Position numbers and translations under genes: made by a program
Origin: Spirochaetia bacterium
GTDB lineage: Bacteria > Spirochaetota > Spirochaetia > CADAEX01
DNA length: 64,000 nucleotides
Direction: 5' to 3'
Assembly (NCBI GenBank): GCA_963662265.2
Contig: CAXXHA010000011.1
Span: forward strand, 32,001-96,000
Part shown: in pieces, positions 1 to 11,261 of the stretch
How positions within the stretch are numbered: the first letter of the stretch is position 1
Layout of the letters: each line of letters starts with the position of its first letter
Notes under the pieces: model-generated
What the model was told of the DNA's origin: nothing
The model's database searches: none
What the model saw: the letters and a program-made list of their open reading frames with translations, nothing else

Positions 1-1327
1 TAGCTGTAGCCCTGAGAAACAGGGTCAGGCGTCAGAAACTTGACGAGTCGCTGCGCGAAGAAGTTGCTCCCAAGAATATTATAATGATCGGTCCTACAGG
101 GGTTGGTAAGACAGAGATTGCAAGACGGCTTTCAAAGCTCTGCGGCGCTCCTTTTGTAAAGGTAGAGGCTACTAAATATACAGAGGTCGGGTATGTAGGC
201 CGTGATGTGGAGTCAATGGTACGAGATCTCATGAATGTTGCTGTAAATATGGTGAAAGCCGAGATGAAGTACCAGGTTGCTGAAGCTGCAGAAGCCAGAG
301 TTGAAGAGGTAATTCTTGATCTGCTTCTTCCCGGACTTAACAAGAAAAAAACCGAAACAGAACAAGCCTTCACCGGTTTCCCCTGATGTTATTCAGCTTC
401 CTGATGACAGCTCTGCAGAAATTGAACAGGCTTCTTCTCCGGAAACTTCCACTACAAGGGAAACTTTCAGGAAAATGCTCAAGGAAGGCAAGCTTGAAGA
501 CAAGGAAATCGATGTAATGGTGTCAAAAGAAAAATACACCTTCAATTGAAATATTTTCAGGTACAAATCTTGAGGACATGGATCTAAACCTCGGCGGATT
601 CGCAGGACTTCTCGGCGGAGGCAAAAAGAAGAAAAGGAAAATGTCTGTCAGAAATGCCAGGGAAGTGATACTCAACGAAGAAATTGACAAGCTTATTGAT
701 ACTGACAAGGCATCTGACATAGCCAAGCAGCGTGTTGAAGAGATGGGAATTATTTTTATCGACGAGATTGACAAGGTTGCAGGAAAGGAGTCAAGAAGCG
801 GCGCTGATGTATCGAGGGAAGGTGTGCAGCGGGATATTCTTCCCATAGTTGAAGGAAGCAAGATTAATACAAAATACGGAATTATTGATACATCTCACAT
901 TTTATTCATTGCTGCCGGTGCATTCCATATGAGTAAGCCTTCAGACCTTATTCCGGAACTCCAGGGAAGGTTCCCTATCAGGGTTGAGCTTGAATCGCTT
1001 GGAGCTGAAGAATTTGAGAAGATTCTTATTCAGCCTGAAAATGCACTGATAAAGCAGTATGTTGAGCTGATGAAGACAGAGGAAGTTAACCTTGTTTTTA
1101 CTGATGATGCTGTAAGAAAGCTCTCGCAGCTGGCTGAAGAGGTTAACTCAAGAACAGAAAATATAGGGGCAAGAAGACTTCACACAATGATGGAGCTTCT
1201 TCTTGAAGAGATTTCATTTGAAGCTCCTGAACTTGCGGGGCAGTCAATAACAATAACTCCTGATTATATAAATGAACGACTGGGTAATGTTATTGAGGAT
1301 CAGGATTTAAGCAGGTATATCCTGTAG
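1..1327 (+). CDS. hslU: ATP-dependent protease ATPase subunit HslU (5' end outside window; two apparent +1 frameshifts near 385 and 527)
   Basis: [28 protein letters not shown] (Walker A), [24 protein letters not shown] and C-terminal DLSRYIL. Removing one C and one A in homopolymers restores the frame. Confidence 0.95.
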
Positions 1328-1494
1328 AGGGTGCATTTTTGCAAAGGCGAAATGCAATTCTGTATATCAGCTGTGACTGGAGTATGCAGAATGTGATTAA
1401 GATGCTGTCTGCTGAATAATAAAGGTATTCGGCAGAAGCATATGGTTTTAAAAGTGTATTAAATAGTGGCCGGATAGGGTTTGGCTGAATTTTC

Positions 1495-1521
1495 TAATGA
1501 AGGATTTAAATAATCCGATAA
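1495..1521 (+). promoter_or_regulatory. sigma28 (FliA)-type promoter upstream of flgB
   Basis: TAAT-N15-TCCGATAA versus consensus TAAA-N15-GCCGATAA, about 40 bp before the flgB start. fliA is present in the window. Confidence 0.7.
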
Positions 1522-1563
1522 TCTGAGTTAGAGGATTCTTTATAAACCTTAACGGAGGGGTGA

Positions 1564-1980
1564 ATGTTTATAAACAACAATTTCGGCAGGACAGTTGATC
1601 TGCTGCACAGGACAATGGATGTTTCTCTTTTAAGAAGATCTGTAATTGCTGATAATATTGCAAACTCGGATACTCCGAATTTCAAGAGAAGCGTTATTAA
1701 TTTCGAATCTCAGCTCAAGAGAGCGTTTGAATCGCAGAAAAGGGAAACAATTCCTGCAAGAATGACTGATTCCAGGCATATGCCTTTCTATAAACCGGTT
1801 GATTACAGAAATGTCGGACCGAAAAGAGTTCTTGATTATCTGACTCAGTCCAAGAATAACGGAAACAATGTGGATATTGAAGAAGAAATGATGCTTTCAA
1901 TGCAGAATCAGCTTAATTATCAGATGATGACTCTTGCTGTTTCGAATCAGTTTTCACAGATCAATACAGTATTGCGTTAG
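1564..1980 (+). CDS. flgB: flagellar basal-body rod protein FlgB
   Basis: IADNIANSDTPNFK and NNGNNVDIEEEM motifs; gene order. Confidence 0.95.
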   Translation: MFINNNFGRTVDLLHRTMDVSLLRRSVIADNIANSDTPNFKRSVINFESQLKRAFESQKRETIPARMTDSRHMPFYKPVDYRNVGPKRVLDYLTQSKNNGNNVDIEEEMMLSMQNQLNYQMMTLAVSNQFSQINTVLR

Positions 1981-1990
1981 GGGGTAGAAA

Positions 1991-2449
1991 ATGGGACTTT
2001 ATACAAGTATTAACACTGCATCATCAGGTCTTTCAGCACAGAGGCTGAGACTGGATGTTATTTCCAATAATATTGCCAACTCAAATACTACCAGAACAAC
2101 AGAGGGCGGACCTTTCAGGAGAAGCAGGACTGTTTTCAGACCCAAGGTCTCACAACCATACTGGAGAAGCCCTTTTCTTCCGAAATTCCTCGACAACGGA
2201 ATCGGACACGGTGTAAGGGTAGACAAGGTTGAAAAAGACATGGATGCGAAACCCAAGCTTGTTTTTGATCCGACACATCCTGATGCAATAAAAACCGGAC
2301 CCAGAAAAGGTTATGTTGAATATCCTAATATGAATGTTGTAAATGAGATGGTTGATATGATATCAGCCACAAGATCATATGAAGCAAATGTTGCAATGGT
2401 AAACGGATCCAAGAGCATGTTTCTGAAGGCTCTTGAAATCGGGAGGTAG
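1991..2449 (+). CDS. flgC: flagellar basal-body rod protein FlgC
   Basis: SGLSAQRLRLDVISNNIAN, FDPTHPDA, EMVDMISATRSYEAN. Confidence 0.96.
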   Translation: MGLYTSINTASSGLSAQRLRLDVISNNIANSNTTRTTEGGPFRRSRTVFRPKVSQPYWRSPFLPKFLDNGIGHGVRVDKVEKDMDAKPKLVFDPTHPDAIKTGPRKGYVEYPNMNVVNEMVDMISATRSYEANVAMVNGSKSMFLKALEIGR

Positions 2450-2453
2450 GTAG

Positions 2454-2792
2454 ATGAATTATCTTAATTATGATCAGGTTTCCGGACACAGGGTATCTCT
2501 CATAAGGACTGATCCCAGGCATTTCAACATGAACGGGCAGGCAGGATCTCCTGCAGTTGCAGATACAGGCGGGGACAGTTTTCAGAAAATGATGTTTGAA
2601 GCTCTCGAAGGGGTAAACAAAATCCAGAATGAGAGTGCTGATGTCAGCAAAAAGATGATTATAGATCCTGACAGTGTTGATCCGCATGATGTTACAATAG
2701 CAATGGCAAAGGCCAACACAGCACTGGCTCTTACTAAGGCTGTAGTTGATAAAAGCCTGAGAGCATACAAGGAGATAATAAGTATCAGATAA
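2454..2792 (+). CDS. fliE: flagellar hook-basal body protein FliE
   Basis: C-terminal DPHDVTIAMAKA..AYKEII; lies between flgC and fliF. Confidence 0.9.
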   Translation: MNYLNYDQVSGHRVSLIRTDPRHFNMNGQAGSPAVADTGGDSFQKMMFEALEGVNKIQNESADVSKKMIIDPDSVDPHDVTIAMAKANTALALTKAVVDKSLRAYKEIISIR

Positions 2793-2929
2793 TGATATAA
2801 GGGGAATCTTTGTTTACAGACGCGCCTTTGCGCACTGGTGTTCTTATTAACCGGAAGGTTGAAAAGGAAACCATCTGTTTATGATAAAGGTACCCTGATG
2901 ATATAAGGTTCTTTTCACTGGGGGGGGAA

Positions 2930-4639
2930 ATGAAAGAACAATTTAAAAAAACATTCGGCCAGGCAGCTTCTGTCTGGGGAAAGTTGTCAGCTCTACAGAA
3001 GATTATTGCAGTCTCTGTTGTACTTGTCGTGTTAACAGGGATTATTCTTCTGTCTGTATACAGCTCATCACCGGGACTTGTCAGGGTCCTGACTAATCCT
3101 GTGACTGATGAAAATCTCTTGAACAAAATATCACTCAGAATAGATGAAGAGGGAATTCCACATCAGGTTACGCCTGAAGGGATAATCTATGTAGATGATG
3201 AAAGAACTGCACAGAGAATTGTATCTCTGCTTGCAAGGGAGGACCTTATTCCTCTTGATGCATCTCCATGGGATATCTTTAAGATGGACAGGTGGACTGT
3301 TACTGATTTTGAAAGAAATGTGAACCTGAGGCGCGCTGTGACAGAGAGCCTCAAGAATCATCTTGAAGCTCTTGAGGATATTGATTCTGCCAGGGTTACA
3401 CTTGTACTTCCCGAGGATGAACTTTTCCAGGAGGACCAGAACAAGGTCTCTGCTTCAATTATTCTTACTGCAAAACCCGGTTCAGATATCAGGGAAAACA
3501 GGAAGAAAATCGAAGGTGTTGTCAAGCTTGTGAAATTTGCGGTTGAAGGGCTTGAAGATGAATATATCACCATAACAGATCATCAGGGCAATGTGCTTAA
3601 CGACTTTGCAGGGCTTGAAAAATTTGACAGGCTTGAACTTGCAAAGAGGGAAATGAAAATCAAGGCAGAGCAGGAAAAGAGGCTTAAAACTGCGATTATT
3701 TCATCTCTCAGGCAGATTTTCGGCAAAGACAGGGTTGAGATAATTAACCTTGATATCGACCTTGATATGGGAAAGAAGACTGTGGAAACAGAAGAGCATT
3801 TTCCCATCACAATGAAAGCTGACAACCCGGGAACCCCTTTTGATGAAACAGAAGTTATCCCCTCAATAACACTTTCAAAAAATACTGTAGATGAGCAGTT
3901 CAGGGGTACCGGATTCAATCCCGAGGGACCTGCCGGGCAGGAAGGTCAGACTCCTCCAGCCTACAAGGATCTTGAAGGTATGGTGGGCGAGTATTCAAGA
4001 AACAATGTTACACAGAATGAAGTTGTAAATACAAAGAATATTTATGAGGAAAAAAGCCCCTGGAGCATAGAAAGAATAACTGTCGGTGTTGTTATAGACG
4101 GCCTGTGGAGATGGGAATATGATGACGGCGGCGAGGTGAAGCTGGAAAAAGACGGCAGTATAATAAGAAAATATGAAGCTGTAACAGAAGATGATCTTGC
4201 CAAGGCGAAGACACTTGTTGAGCATGCTATAGGTTATAATAAGAACAGAGGCGATTCTGTAACAGTTCAGTCCATACAGTTTGACAGGACAGGGCAGTTC
4301 CTGCAAGAAGATGAAAAATACAGAAACAAGATGAGAATGCGGAAGATGATAATCTACTCGATTATCGGATTTATTGTACTTGTCATATTTTTCATCATCT
4401 TCAGGATTGTTGTCAGATCTATTGAAAGAAGAAGAAAGCTTAAAGAGGAAGAACTTGCAAGACAGCACCAGGCTATGCGTGAAGCAGCGCTCAGAAGCGC
4501 GGAAGAGGAAGGAGTCAGTGTTGAAATGTCTGTCGAAGACCGTGCACGGCTTGAAATGCAGGAAAATGCCATTAATATGGCACGTGAACATCCTGAAGAT
4601 GTAGCACAGCTGATCAGAACCTGGTTGATGGAGGAATAG
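2930..4639 (+). CDS. fliF: flagellar MS-ring protein FliF
   Basis: Two TM segments, TDFERNVNLRRA, ARVTLVLPEDELF and C-terminal PEDVAQLIRTWL. Confidence 0.95.
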   Translation: MKEQFKKTFGQAASVWGKLSALQKIIAVSVVLVVLTGIILLSVYSSSPGLVRVLTNPVTDENLLNKISLRIDEEGIPHQVTPEGIIYVDDERTAQRIVSLLAREDLIPLDASPWDIFKMDRWTVTDFERNVNLRRAVTESLKNHLEALEDIDSARVTLVLPEDELFQEDQNKVSASIILTAKPGSDIRENRKKIEGVVKLVKFAVEGLEDEYITITDHQGNVLNDFAGLEKFDRLELAKREMKIKAEQEKRLKTAIISSLRQIFGKDRVEIINLDIDLDMGKKTVETEEHFPITMKADNPGTPFDETEVIPSITLSKNTVDEQFRGTGFNPEGPAGQEGQTPPAYKDLEGMVGEYSRNNVTQNEVVNTKNIYEEKSPWSIERITVGVVIDGLWRWEYDDGGEVKLEKDGSIIRKYEAVTEDDLAKAKTLVEHAIGYNKNRGDSVTVQSIQFDRTGQFLQEDEKYRNKMRMRKMIIYSIIGFIVLVIFFIIFRIVVRSIERRRKLKEEELARQHQAMREAALRSAEEEGVSVEMSVEDRARLEMQENAINMAREHPEDVAQLIRTWLMEE

Positions 4640-4643
4640 GATT

Positions 4644-5690
4644 ATGGGAAAGACACCGGCAAATCCCCCTGCAAAAAAGGGCGGGGTAAGAAAAGAACTT
4701 ACCGGAAGACAGAAAGCAGCAATTTTTCTTGTGACAATCGGATCAGAGATCTCTGCAGATATATTCAAGCATCTGAGAGAGGATGAGATAGAGGCGTTAA
4801 CCTTTGAAATAGCAAGACTCGAGAGCGTTGAAGCTGAAGACAGGGACAAGGTACTGCTTGAGTTCAAGGAACTCATGATGGCCCAGGACTTCATAACATC
4901 GGGCGGTATTGACTATGCACGTGAACTTCTTGAAAAATCACTCGGTAACCAGAAAGCTATAGATATAATAAACAGGCTGACAAGTTCTCTCCAGATAAGG
5001 CCTTTCGACTTTATCAGAAGAACAGACCCTACACACCTTTTGAACTTCATACAGCAGGAGCATCCGCAGACAATTGCGCTTATTCTCGCGTATCTTGAAC
5101 CGGAAAAAGCTTCAATTATTCTTTCAAGTCTTCCCCATGAGACTCAGTCTGATGTTGCAAAGCGTATTGCCACCATGGACCGTACATCACCTGAAACACT
5201 GAGAGAGGTTGAACGGGTTCTTGAGAAGAAACTGTCAACACTTTCAAGCGAGGACTATACATCAGCAGGCGGTGTTGAAAGCATTGTGGAAATACTCAAC
5301 CGTGTTGACCGTTCAACTGAAAAGACAATTATTGAATCACTCGAAGAGGAAGATCCTGAACTTGCAGAAGAAATCAAGAAGAGAATGTTTGTATTCGAAG
5401 ATATTGTACTTCTTGATGACAGGGCTATCCAGAAGGTACTCAGGGAAGTTGACCAGCAGGAGCTTGGGAAAGCGCTTAAAGCTGTCGATAATGAAGTACA
5501 GGACAAGATTTTCAAGAACATGTCAAAGAGGGCTGCAAATACTCTCAAGGAAGATATGGAATTCATGGGACCGATCAGGCTTAAGGATGTTGAAGAGGCT
5601 CAGCAGAAGATTGTATCTGTAATCAGAAAACTTGAAGAACAGGGTGAAATTGTTGTTGCAAGATCCGGTGAAGATGAAATGGTTGTTTAG
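4644..5690 (+). CDS. fliG: flagellar motor switch protein FliG
   Basis: GRQKAAIFL, EHPQTIALIL, MFVFEDI, NMSKRAA, GPIRLKDVEEAQ. Confidence 0.97.
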   Translation: MGKTPANPPAKKGGVRKELTGRQKAAIFLVTIGSEISADIFKHLREDEIEALTFEIARLESVEAEDRDKVLLEFKELMMAQDFITSGGIDYARELLEKSLGNQKAIDIINRLTSSLQIRPFDFIRRTDPTHLLNFIQQEHPQTIALILAYLEPEKASIILSSLPHETQSDVAKRIATMDRTSPETLREVERVLEKKLSTLSSEDYTSAGGVESIVEILNRVDRSTEKTIIESLEEEDPELAEEIKKRMFVFEDIVLLDDRAIQKVLREVDQQELGKALKAVDNEVQDKIFKNMSKRAANTLKEDMEFMGPIRLKDVEEAQQKIVSVIRKLEEQGEIVVARSGEDEMVV

Positions 5691-5932
5691 CCATTACTGT
5701 GAAATTGTGAGTTTATGATATAAGTATGATTATTTATTTTGTTTTGCAGCAATTTTGATTATCATGCAGTTATTTATGTAATTTTTGCTGCTGTTTTTAA
5801 CAGCAGCGTCTGCCGGCAGAGTAATGCCATATAAGCTTTAAAGGCTTGATAGGTTGTTTTGATACCGGCAGATAATATATGCGGAAAGCCGTAAGAGATA
5901 AATACGGCAATTCTGTTTCCGGAGGTGTATTA

Positions 5933-6858
5933 ATGGCACGGAATGTATTCAGAGCCAAAGAAATAGTTGATCTTCAGTCAACCGTAATTATTGAACCTGC
6001 AATAGAAGAGGTTGAAGAGGTTGAGGAGGAAATGACTCTTGAGGAATATACAGGTCCGACTGCCGATGATCTCCGGAGAGAAGCTGAAGCTTTCAAAGCC
6101 TCCTGGGACAGTGAGCGGGAGAAGATGATATCTGATGCCCGCAGTGAGGCTGAAAGGATTATTGAAGAGGCCAAGCAGACTGCATTTGAGGAGATAAAAA
6201 AGGGTAAAAATGAAGCCCAGAAATCAATGCAGGAAGCCAGCGACAGCGCTGATGCAATAGTCAGGGATGCAGAGGAAAAAGCTACTTCCATACTCAGCGA
6301 TGCTGATGAAAGAGTCACAGGGTATTGAAAAAGATGCTTTTGACAAGGGATTTAATGAGGGACGGGATACCGTTTTTGAAAGCGGTAAGGGAGAGGTCGA
6401 GAGGCTTATTGATAAGGTTCAGACAGTTCTCAACAATGCCATAGACAAGAGAAATATGATTATCGAGGAATCGGAAACACAGCTTATAAACCTTGTCCTG
6501 CTTATTTCCCAGAAGGTTATTAAGGTTATATCTGAAAATCAGAAAAAATGTTGTTATAAACAACGTTATACAGGCTCTCAGGAAGCTTAAGACAAGGGGT
6601 GAGGTTATTGTAAGGGTTAACCTTGCCGATGTTCAGCTTACTACCGATCATATCAAAGACTTCATGAGAATGGTTGATAATATAAGGTCTATTACAGTTC
6701 TTGAAGATTCAACAGTCGACAGGGGCGGGTGTATTATTGAAACTGATTTCGGAGAAATTGATGCAAGAATTTCATCTCAGCTCAATGAAATCAGGGACAG
6801 GATACTGGAACTTGCACCTATCAAGACAAAGGCTGAGGTTGAAGAGGATTTTATGTAG
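5933..6858 (+). CDS. fliH: flagellar assembly protein FliH (two apparent frameshifts near 6320 and 6545)
   Basis: GGAGG RBS then MARNVFR; AxxxG repeats (KGFNEG); C-terminal DSTVDRGGCIIETDFGEIDARI. Split over three ORFs at G4 and A6 runs. Confidence 0.88.
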
Positions 6859-6997
6859 TTGATTTGTAAGATCCTGAATTTTTCCTGACTGATGCCGGTT
6901 CCGGGGGGGAATCAGCAATCTGTGGGAAGGGGCCAGTTTTATACAGACTGCATTTATAAAAGTTATAATGTGCCCATAAAAATACCGGGGGGGGGGA

Positions 6998-8315
6998 ATG
7001 AGCACTATTTTTGAAAAATACAGTGATGTACTCGATACGACAGATCCAATCAAATTCACAGGAAGGGTAATAAAGGTTCAGGGGCTTCTTATAGAAAGTT
7101 CGGGGCCGAGAGTTATTCTTGGTGAACTCTGCTATATCATAATAAATGACAAAGATGTTATATGGGCAGAAGTTGTGGCCCTCAAAGAGGACTCGGTGCA
7201 GCTTATGGCATATGACTCCATGGAGGGGATAGAAATAGGCTGTCCTGTAGTTGCTACAGGAGATTTTCTTAAAATACCTGTCTCCTCAAAAATACTCGGC
7301 CGTGTGGTTGACAGCATGGGAAGGCCTGCCGATGACAGTGGCAATATAAGATCTGCTTCAAAAATATCTGTTTTTAATTCACCTCCCGACATACTGAAGC
7401 GTAAAATGATTACTGACCAGATACCTACAGGTGTAAGGGCAATTGATTCAATACTTTCAGTAGGTATGGGACAGAGAATCGGTATTTTTTCAGGTGCCGG
7501 AGTCGGAAAGTCAACACTCCTTGGAATGATTGCACGGAATACTGAATCCGATGTCAATGTTATTGCGCTAGTAGGAGAGAGAGGGCGTGAAGTTCTGGAA
7601 TTCATTGAAAATGAACTTGGAGAGGAGGGGCTGAAGAAGTCTGTTATTGTTGTCTCATCATCAGACAGCCTGCCTATAGCAAGGATACGGGGATCATACA
7701 CTGCAACTGCAATTGCGGAATATTTCAGGGACAGGGGCAAGAAATGTCATGCTGTTTTTCGATTCCCTGACCCGTTTTGCAAGGGCGCAGAGGGAAATAG
7801 GGCTTGCAATAGGCGAACCTCCTGCAACAAGAGGGTTCACTCCTTCTGTTTTTACCGAGATGCCCAAGCTTCTTGAAAGATGCGCCAATTCAGATAAAGG
7901 GACAATCACAGGTTTTTATACAGTTCTTGTCGAAGGTGATGATCTTGATGAACCTGTTGCAGACAATGCCGAAGGTTTTCTCGACGGCCATATAATTCTG
8001 GACAGGAAACTTGCGGAATCAAACCATTATCCTGCCATAAACATACTGAAATCAATATCACGGCTTGCAAATAAGATTACATCAGCAGATGTGAGGAACG
8101 CAGCAGGTTATATACGGAACAAGATGGCTGTATATACAGAAGCCGAGGACCTTATAAATGTTGGGGCCTATGCTCGCGGTTCCAATCCCGAAATTGATGA
8201 GGCTATTGCAAAGCTCCCGGAGATAAAGAAATTTCTCATACAGGATATTGAGGAGAGAACAGAAATTGAGGAAACACTGATGCAGGCTGCCGGGATAGCC
8301 GGTATCAGTAAATAA
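6998..8315 (+). CDS. fliI: flagellar export ATPase FliI (apparent frameshift near 7740)
   Basis: GIFSGAGVGKSTL Walker A, GERGREV, DSLTRFARAQREIGLAIGEPP, DGHIILDR. Confidence 0.95.
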
Positions 8316-8328
8316 TGGCTGAGGTGAG

Positions 8329-8778
8329 ATGAAGGAATTCGCGTTCAGGATGGAAAAGCTGCTCGAGATAAGAAAATTCAAAGAGAGGGAAATATCTCTT
8401 GAGCTGGCAGAAGTTACCGGACGGGTGATAAGCAAGGAAAATGAAATAAAACGTTTTGGCGCGATGAGAAAAACAGATTTTAAAAAACCGTTTCAATTAT
8501 GCCGATAATAATCTGAGTGCGGATTCAATGTTTCATGACAGCCAGTTTTTCCGCAGTAAGTGAAAAGATAAAGCAGCTTACTGAAGAACTGGGTGAAATA
8601 GAAAAAGAGCGTGATAAGGTGCGGGAAAGATATATAGAAGCACTGAAAGATAAAAACGTACTTGAGAAGCTCAAGGAAAAGAAAATGGCGGAACACAGGA
8701 AGAGGGAAATGGGTAAAGAGGAAAAAAGCCCTTGATGATATATCAGTTACAAGTTTTACAATAAAACTACAGAAATGA
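8329..8778 (+). CDS. fliJ: flagellar export chaperone FliJ (several apparent frameshifts)
   Basis: GAGG RBS, MKEFAFRMEKLLEIRK N-terminus, coiled coil, KNVLEKLKEKK..EEKALDD C-terminus; follows fliI. Confidence 0.8.
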
Positions 8779-8854
8779 CAAAAAACTTGTTTTTGTCATG
8801 AGCGGCAGAGACTTTCCGAGAGGAAAGTGCTCGAAAGCGTAAGGAGGTTCAATA

Positions 8855-9491
8855 ATGGGTATAACAGGAAGCGCGGGTGCAGGAATCAGAATTTTTGTTC
8901 TGCTTCTTCTCATAGCAGCAGTAAGTTTCGGCGGTATAATTTGGTTTGATTACCTGGGAATAATTAATGCACGTGAAAGTCTTTCATCTGTTTTTTGCCC
9001 TGTTCAGCAAGGAAAAAGTTGTAAAACTGAATAATGATGAAGATATGATGCTTCTTGACAGGGAGCGATTCAATAAAATGAAAGAAGCTCTGACTATACA
9101 GGCGGAAGAGCTTTCAAAAAAGGATGAAGATCTAAAAAAAAAGGAAGTTGCCATAACACAGAAGCTTGAAATGCTTGCAGAAAGGGAAAAGGCACTCGAA
9201 GAAAGAGAAAAATCATTTAATACCCGAACAAGATTGTACGAAAATAAAATAGCGAACCTTGAACAGTCATCAAAATATCTTGTAGGTATGCCGCCTGAAA
9301 ATGCAAGAGATATTCTTCTGAAAATGAATGATCAGGATGTAATTGATATTTTGAGAGTTACTGAGAGGCTTGCAGAAGAGGCTGGCGAGAGTTCGCTTGT
9401 CGCTTACTGGCTTTCTCTCCTGCCTGCAGATAAAGCGGCAGCTATACAGAGAAAGATGACAATAAAGCCTGATGATACAATCAGTAATTAG
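8855..9491 (+). CDS. flbB: periplasmic-flagellum collar protein FlbB (frameshift in T6 near 8995)
   Basis: AAGGAGG RBS; N-terminal TM ending IWFDYLGII, coiled coil, GMPPENA..SLVAYWLSLLP C-terminus; spirochete gene position. Confidence 0.82.
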
Positions 9492-9588
9492 GCGCTTAAA
9501 AATACTGGAAACAGCTTTTAATGCGCCTTGCAGACTTATAAAAAAGTTTGTTGAAGTTATCCGGAACTGTCCGGAAAAGGAGTACTGA

Positions 9589-10803
9589 GTGCCGGCAGTA
9601 ATTGCTGTAAAAATTAACAATTCAAAAATAAAAGCTCAGGAAAAAAACACATCTGCAGAAGCTGGCAGGAAAACTGTAAAAGAGAATTCAGAAGGATCAG
9701 TCCGAAACGGTGAAGCCTTAAAAAAGGATTTTAAAAAACTTCTTGAAAAAAATCTCTCAAAAAACAGCAGCAAAAAGATCAATCATGACAATGTAAAAGC
9801 TCCGGGGAAAAAGAAAGCGGGAAAAGGTAAGGAAACTGATCCTGAAAACCTTAATAATCTTCAGGGTGAAATGTCAGCTGGTATGAAATCAGAAGCTGAA
9901 AAACTTAAAAACGGAAACATAATCAATTTTGATGCTGATCTGAAACCTGAAGAGGCAAACCTTGTAAAGAAAGAGGTCGGGGAAAATATTTCCGAAAAAA
10001 CGGATTTAAATACGTTATCCCTGCATGCTGCTGCCAATACTGCTGAACAGAAAAATACAGCTGTGAAAACTGACAGTATAAATAATGAAGCAAAAAATAA
10101 AAAAAACAGCATTGATCCTTTAAAAGCTGAAGCTGATAAAAAGGAAGATGTGAAGCTGAAAGTGCTTGATCTGAGGACAGCTGAAAACAGCGGAAAAAAC
10201 GGAAGTGAGTTTTCAGGATCAGAAAAAGGGGGAGAAAAGTTCGACCTTCTTCTGGAAACAGCGGATCAGAAAAACGACAGCAGCGAAACACAGATCAAGG
10301 ATGCCCTGATTATAAAGGCAGAACCTGCAGCAGATATAAAGAACGATGTTCCTGTGAAATCTCTTACTGCTCAGCAGAATGCGGTTCTTGAGAAACTGAG
10401 AGCTGATGGAAATGCTGAAATTGTAAAACAGACAAAAATGATACTTTCCGACAATAATTCAGGCGAGCTGAGAATGGTTCTCAAGCCTGAAAGACTCGGC
10501 TATGTAAGAATTAAGCTGAATCTTGATGATAATAATATAGTGGGACGAATTATTGTCGACAATAATAATATAAAAGAAATATTTGAAAACAACATGGATA
10601 ACCTTTTAAGGAATTTCAGGGAAAGCGGATTTTCTTCAGCTTCGCTTGAAGTTTCTGTCGGAGGAGAGAAAGGCAGCCAGCAGAACATGGAAAACAATGA
10701 ACGGTTTTTCAGCAAAAAAATAATTGAAGATGTTGACAGCCATAATGTTATCGACAGCCGCAACAGCATGGATGCGGAGACATTAGTGGATCTTGTTGTT
10801 TAA
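9589..10803 (+). CDS. fliK: flagellar hook-length control protein FliK (Tap1/FlbC-like)
   Basis: Low-complexity N-terminus; C-terminal GELRMVLKPERLGYVRIKL..LRNFRESGF domain; precedes flgD. Confidence 0.85.
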   Translation: MPAVIAVKINNSKIKAQEKNTSAEAGRKTVKENSEGSVRNGEALKKDFKKLLEKNLSKNSSKKINHDNVKAPGKKKAGKGKETDPENLNNLQGEMSAGMKSEAEKLKNGNIINFDADLKPEEANLVKKEVGENISEKTDLNTLSLHAAANTAEQKNTAVKTDSINNEAKNKKNSIDPLKAEADKKEDVKLKVLDLRTAENSGKNGSEFSGSEKGGEKFDLLLETADQKNDSSETQIKDALIIKAEPAADIKNDVPVKSLTAQQNAVLEKLRADGNAEIVKQTKMILSDNNSGELRMVLKPERLGYVRIKLNLDDNNIVGRIIVDNNNIKEIFENNMDNLLRNFRESGFSSASLEVSVGGEKGSQQNMENNERFFSKKIIEDVDSHNVIDSRNSMDAETLVDLVV

Positions 10804-10817
10804 GGGGAGAATAGGTT

Positions 10818-11249
10818 TTGGATATTGCAACTAATTTATCAGCTATGGAAAAAAATAAAGTCCAGATGCAGGTAGACAGCTTTAATAAAAAAATAGCAGG
10901 GGAAAGAACTTATAAAAGCGAGCTTGATAAAGATGATTTTCTGAAAATTCTTCTTACACAGCTCACTCATCAGGATCCGACAAAGCCGATGGAAGACAAG
11001 CAGTTTATCGCGCAGATGGCCCAGTTTTCCTCTCTCGAACAGATGACTAACATGACAAAGGAATTCGGCCAGATGCAGAACATGGTTAAAGCCAATCATG
11101 CAGTGTCTCTGATCGGCAAGAGCGTCAATGTTGTTGATAATGGTGAAATGATTTCCGGTGTTGTTGAAGAAGTTTCAGGATATGAATATCCCCAGCTTCT
11201 TGTTAACGGTAAATACTACGATCTCGATAAAATAGAAAAAATCAGGTAA
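10818..11249 (+). CDS. flgD: flagellar hook cap protein FlgD
   Basis: LDKDDFLKILLTQLTHQDPTKPMEDKQFIAQMAQFSSLEQ. Confidence 0.95.
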   Translation: MDIATNLSAMEKNKVQMQVDSFNKKIAGERTYKSELDKDDFLKILLTQLTHQDPTKPMEDKQFIAQMAQFSSLEQMTNMTKEFGQMQNMVKANHAVSLIGKSVNVVDNGEMISGVVEEVSGYEYPQLLVNGKYYDLDKIEKIR

Positions 11250-11261
11250 GGGGGCAGCTTT

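Noticed and set aside
3995-4894. Long antisense ORFs (also 28449-29159, 37932-38624, 61069-61761)
   Set aside because: Shadows of well-supported + strand genes, with Ser/Phe/Ile-rich composition and no recognisable motifs.
1-9491. Apparent pseudogenisation or programmed frameshifting of hslU, fliH, fliI, fliJ and flbB
   Set aside because: Breaks are mostly one extra base in homopolymer runs, with intact motifs and no independent nonsense decay. Sequencing error is the simplest explanation.
9539-9578. Treponema-like sigma28 promoter directly before fliK
   Set aside because: Only TCCGGAA-type partial -10 matches, with wrong spacing.
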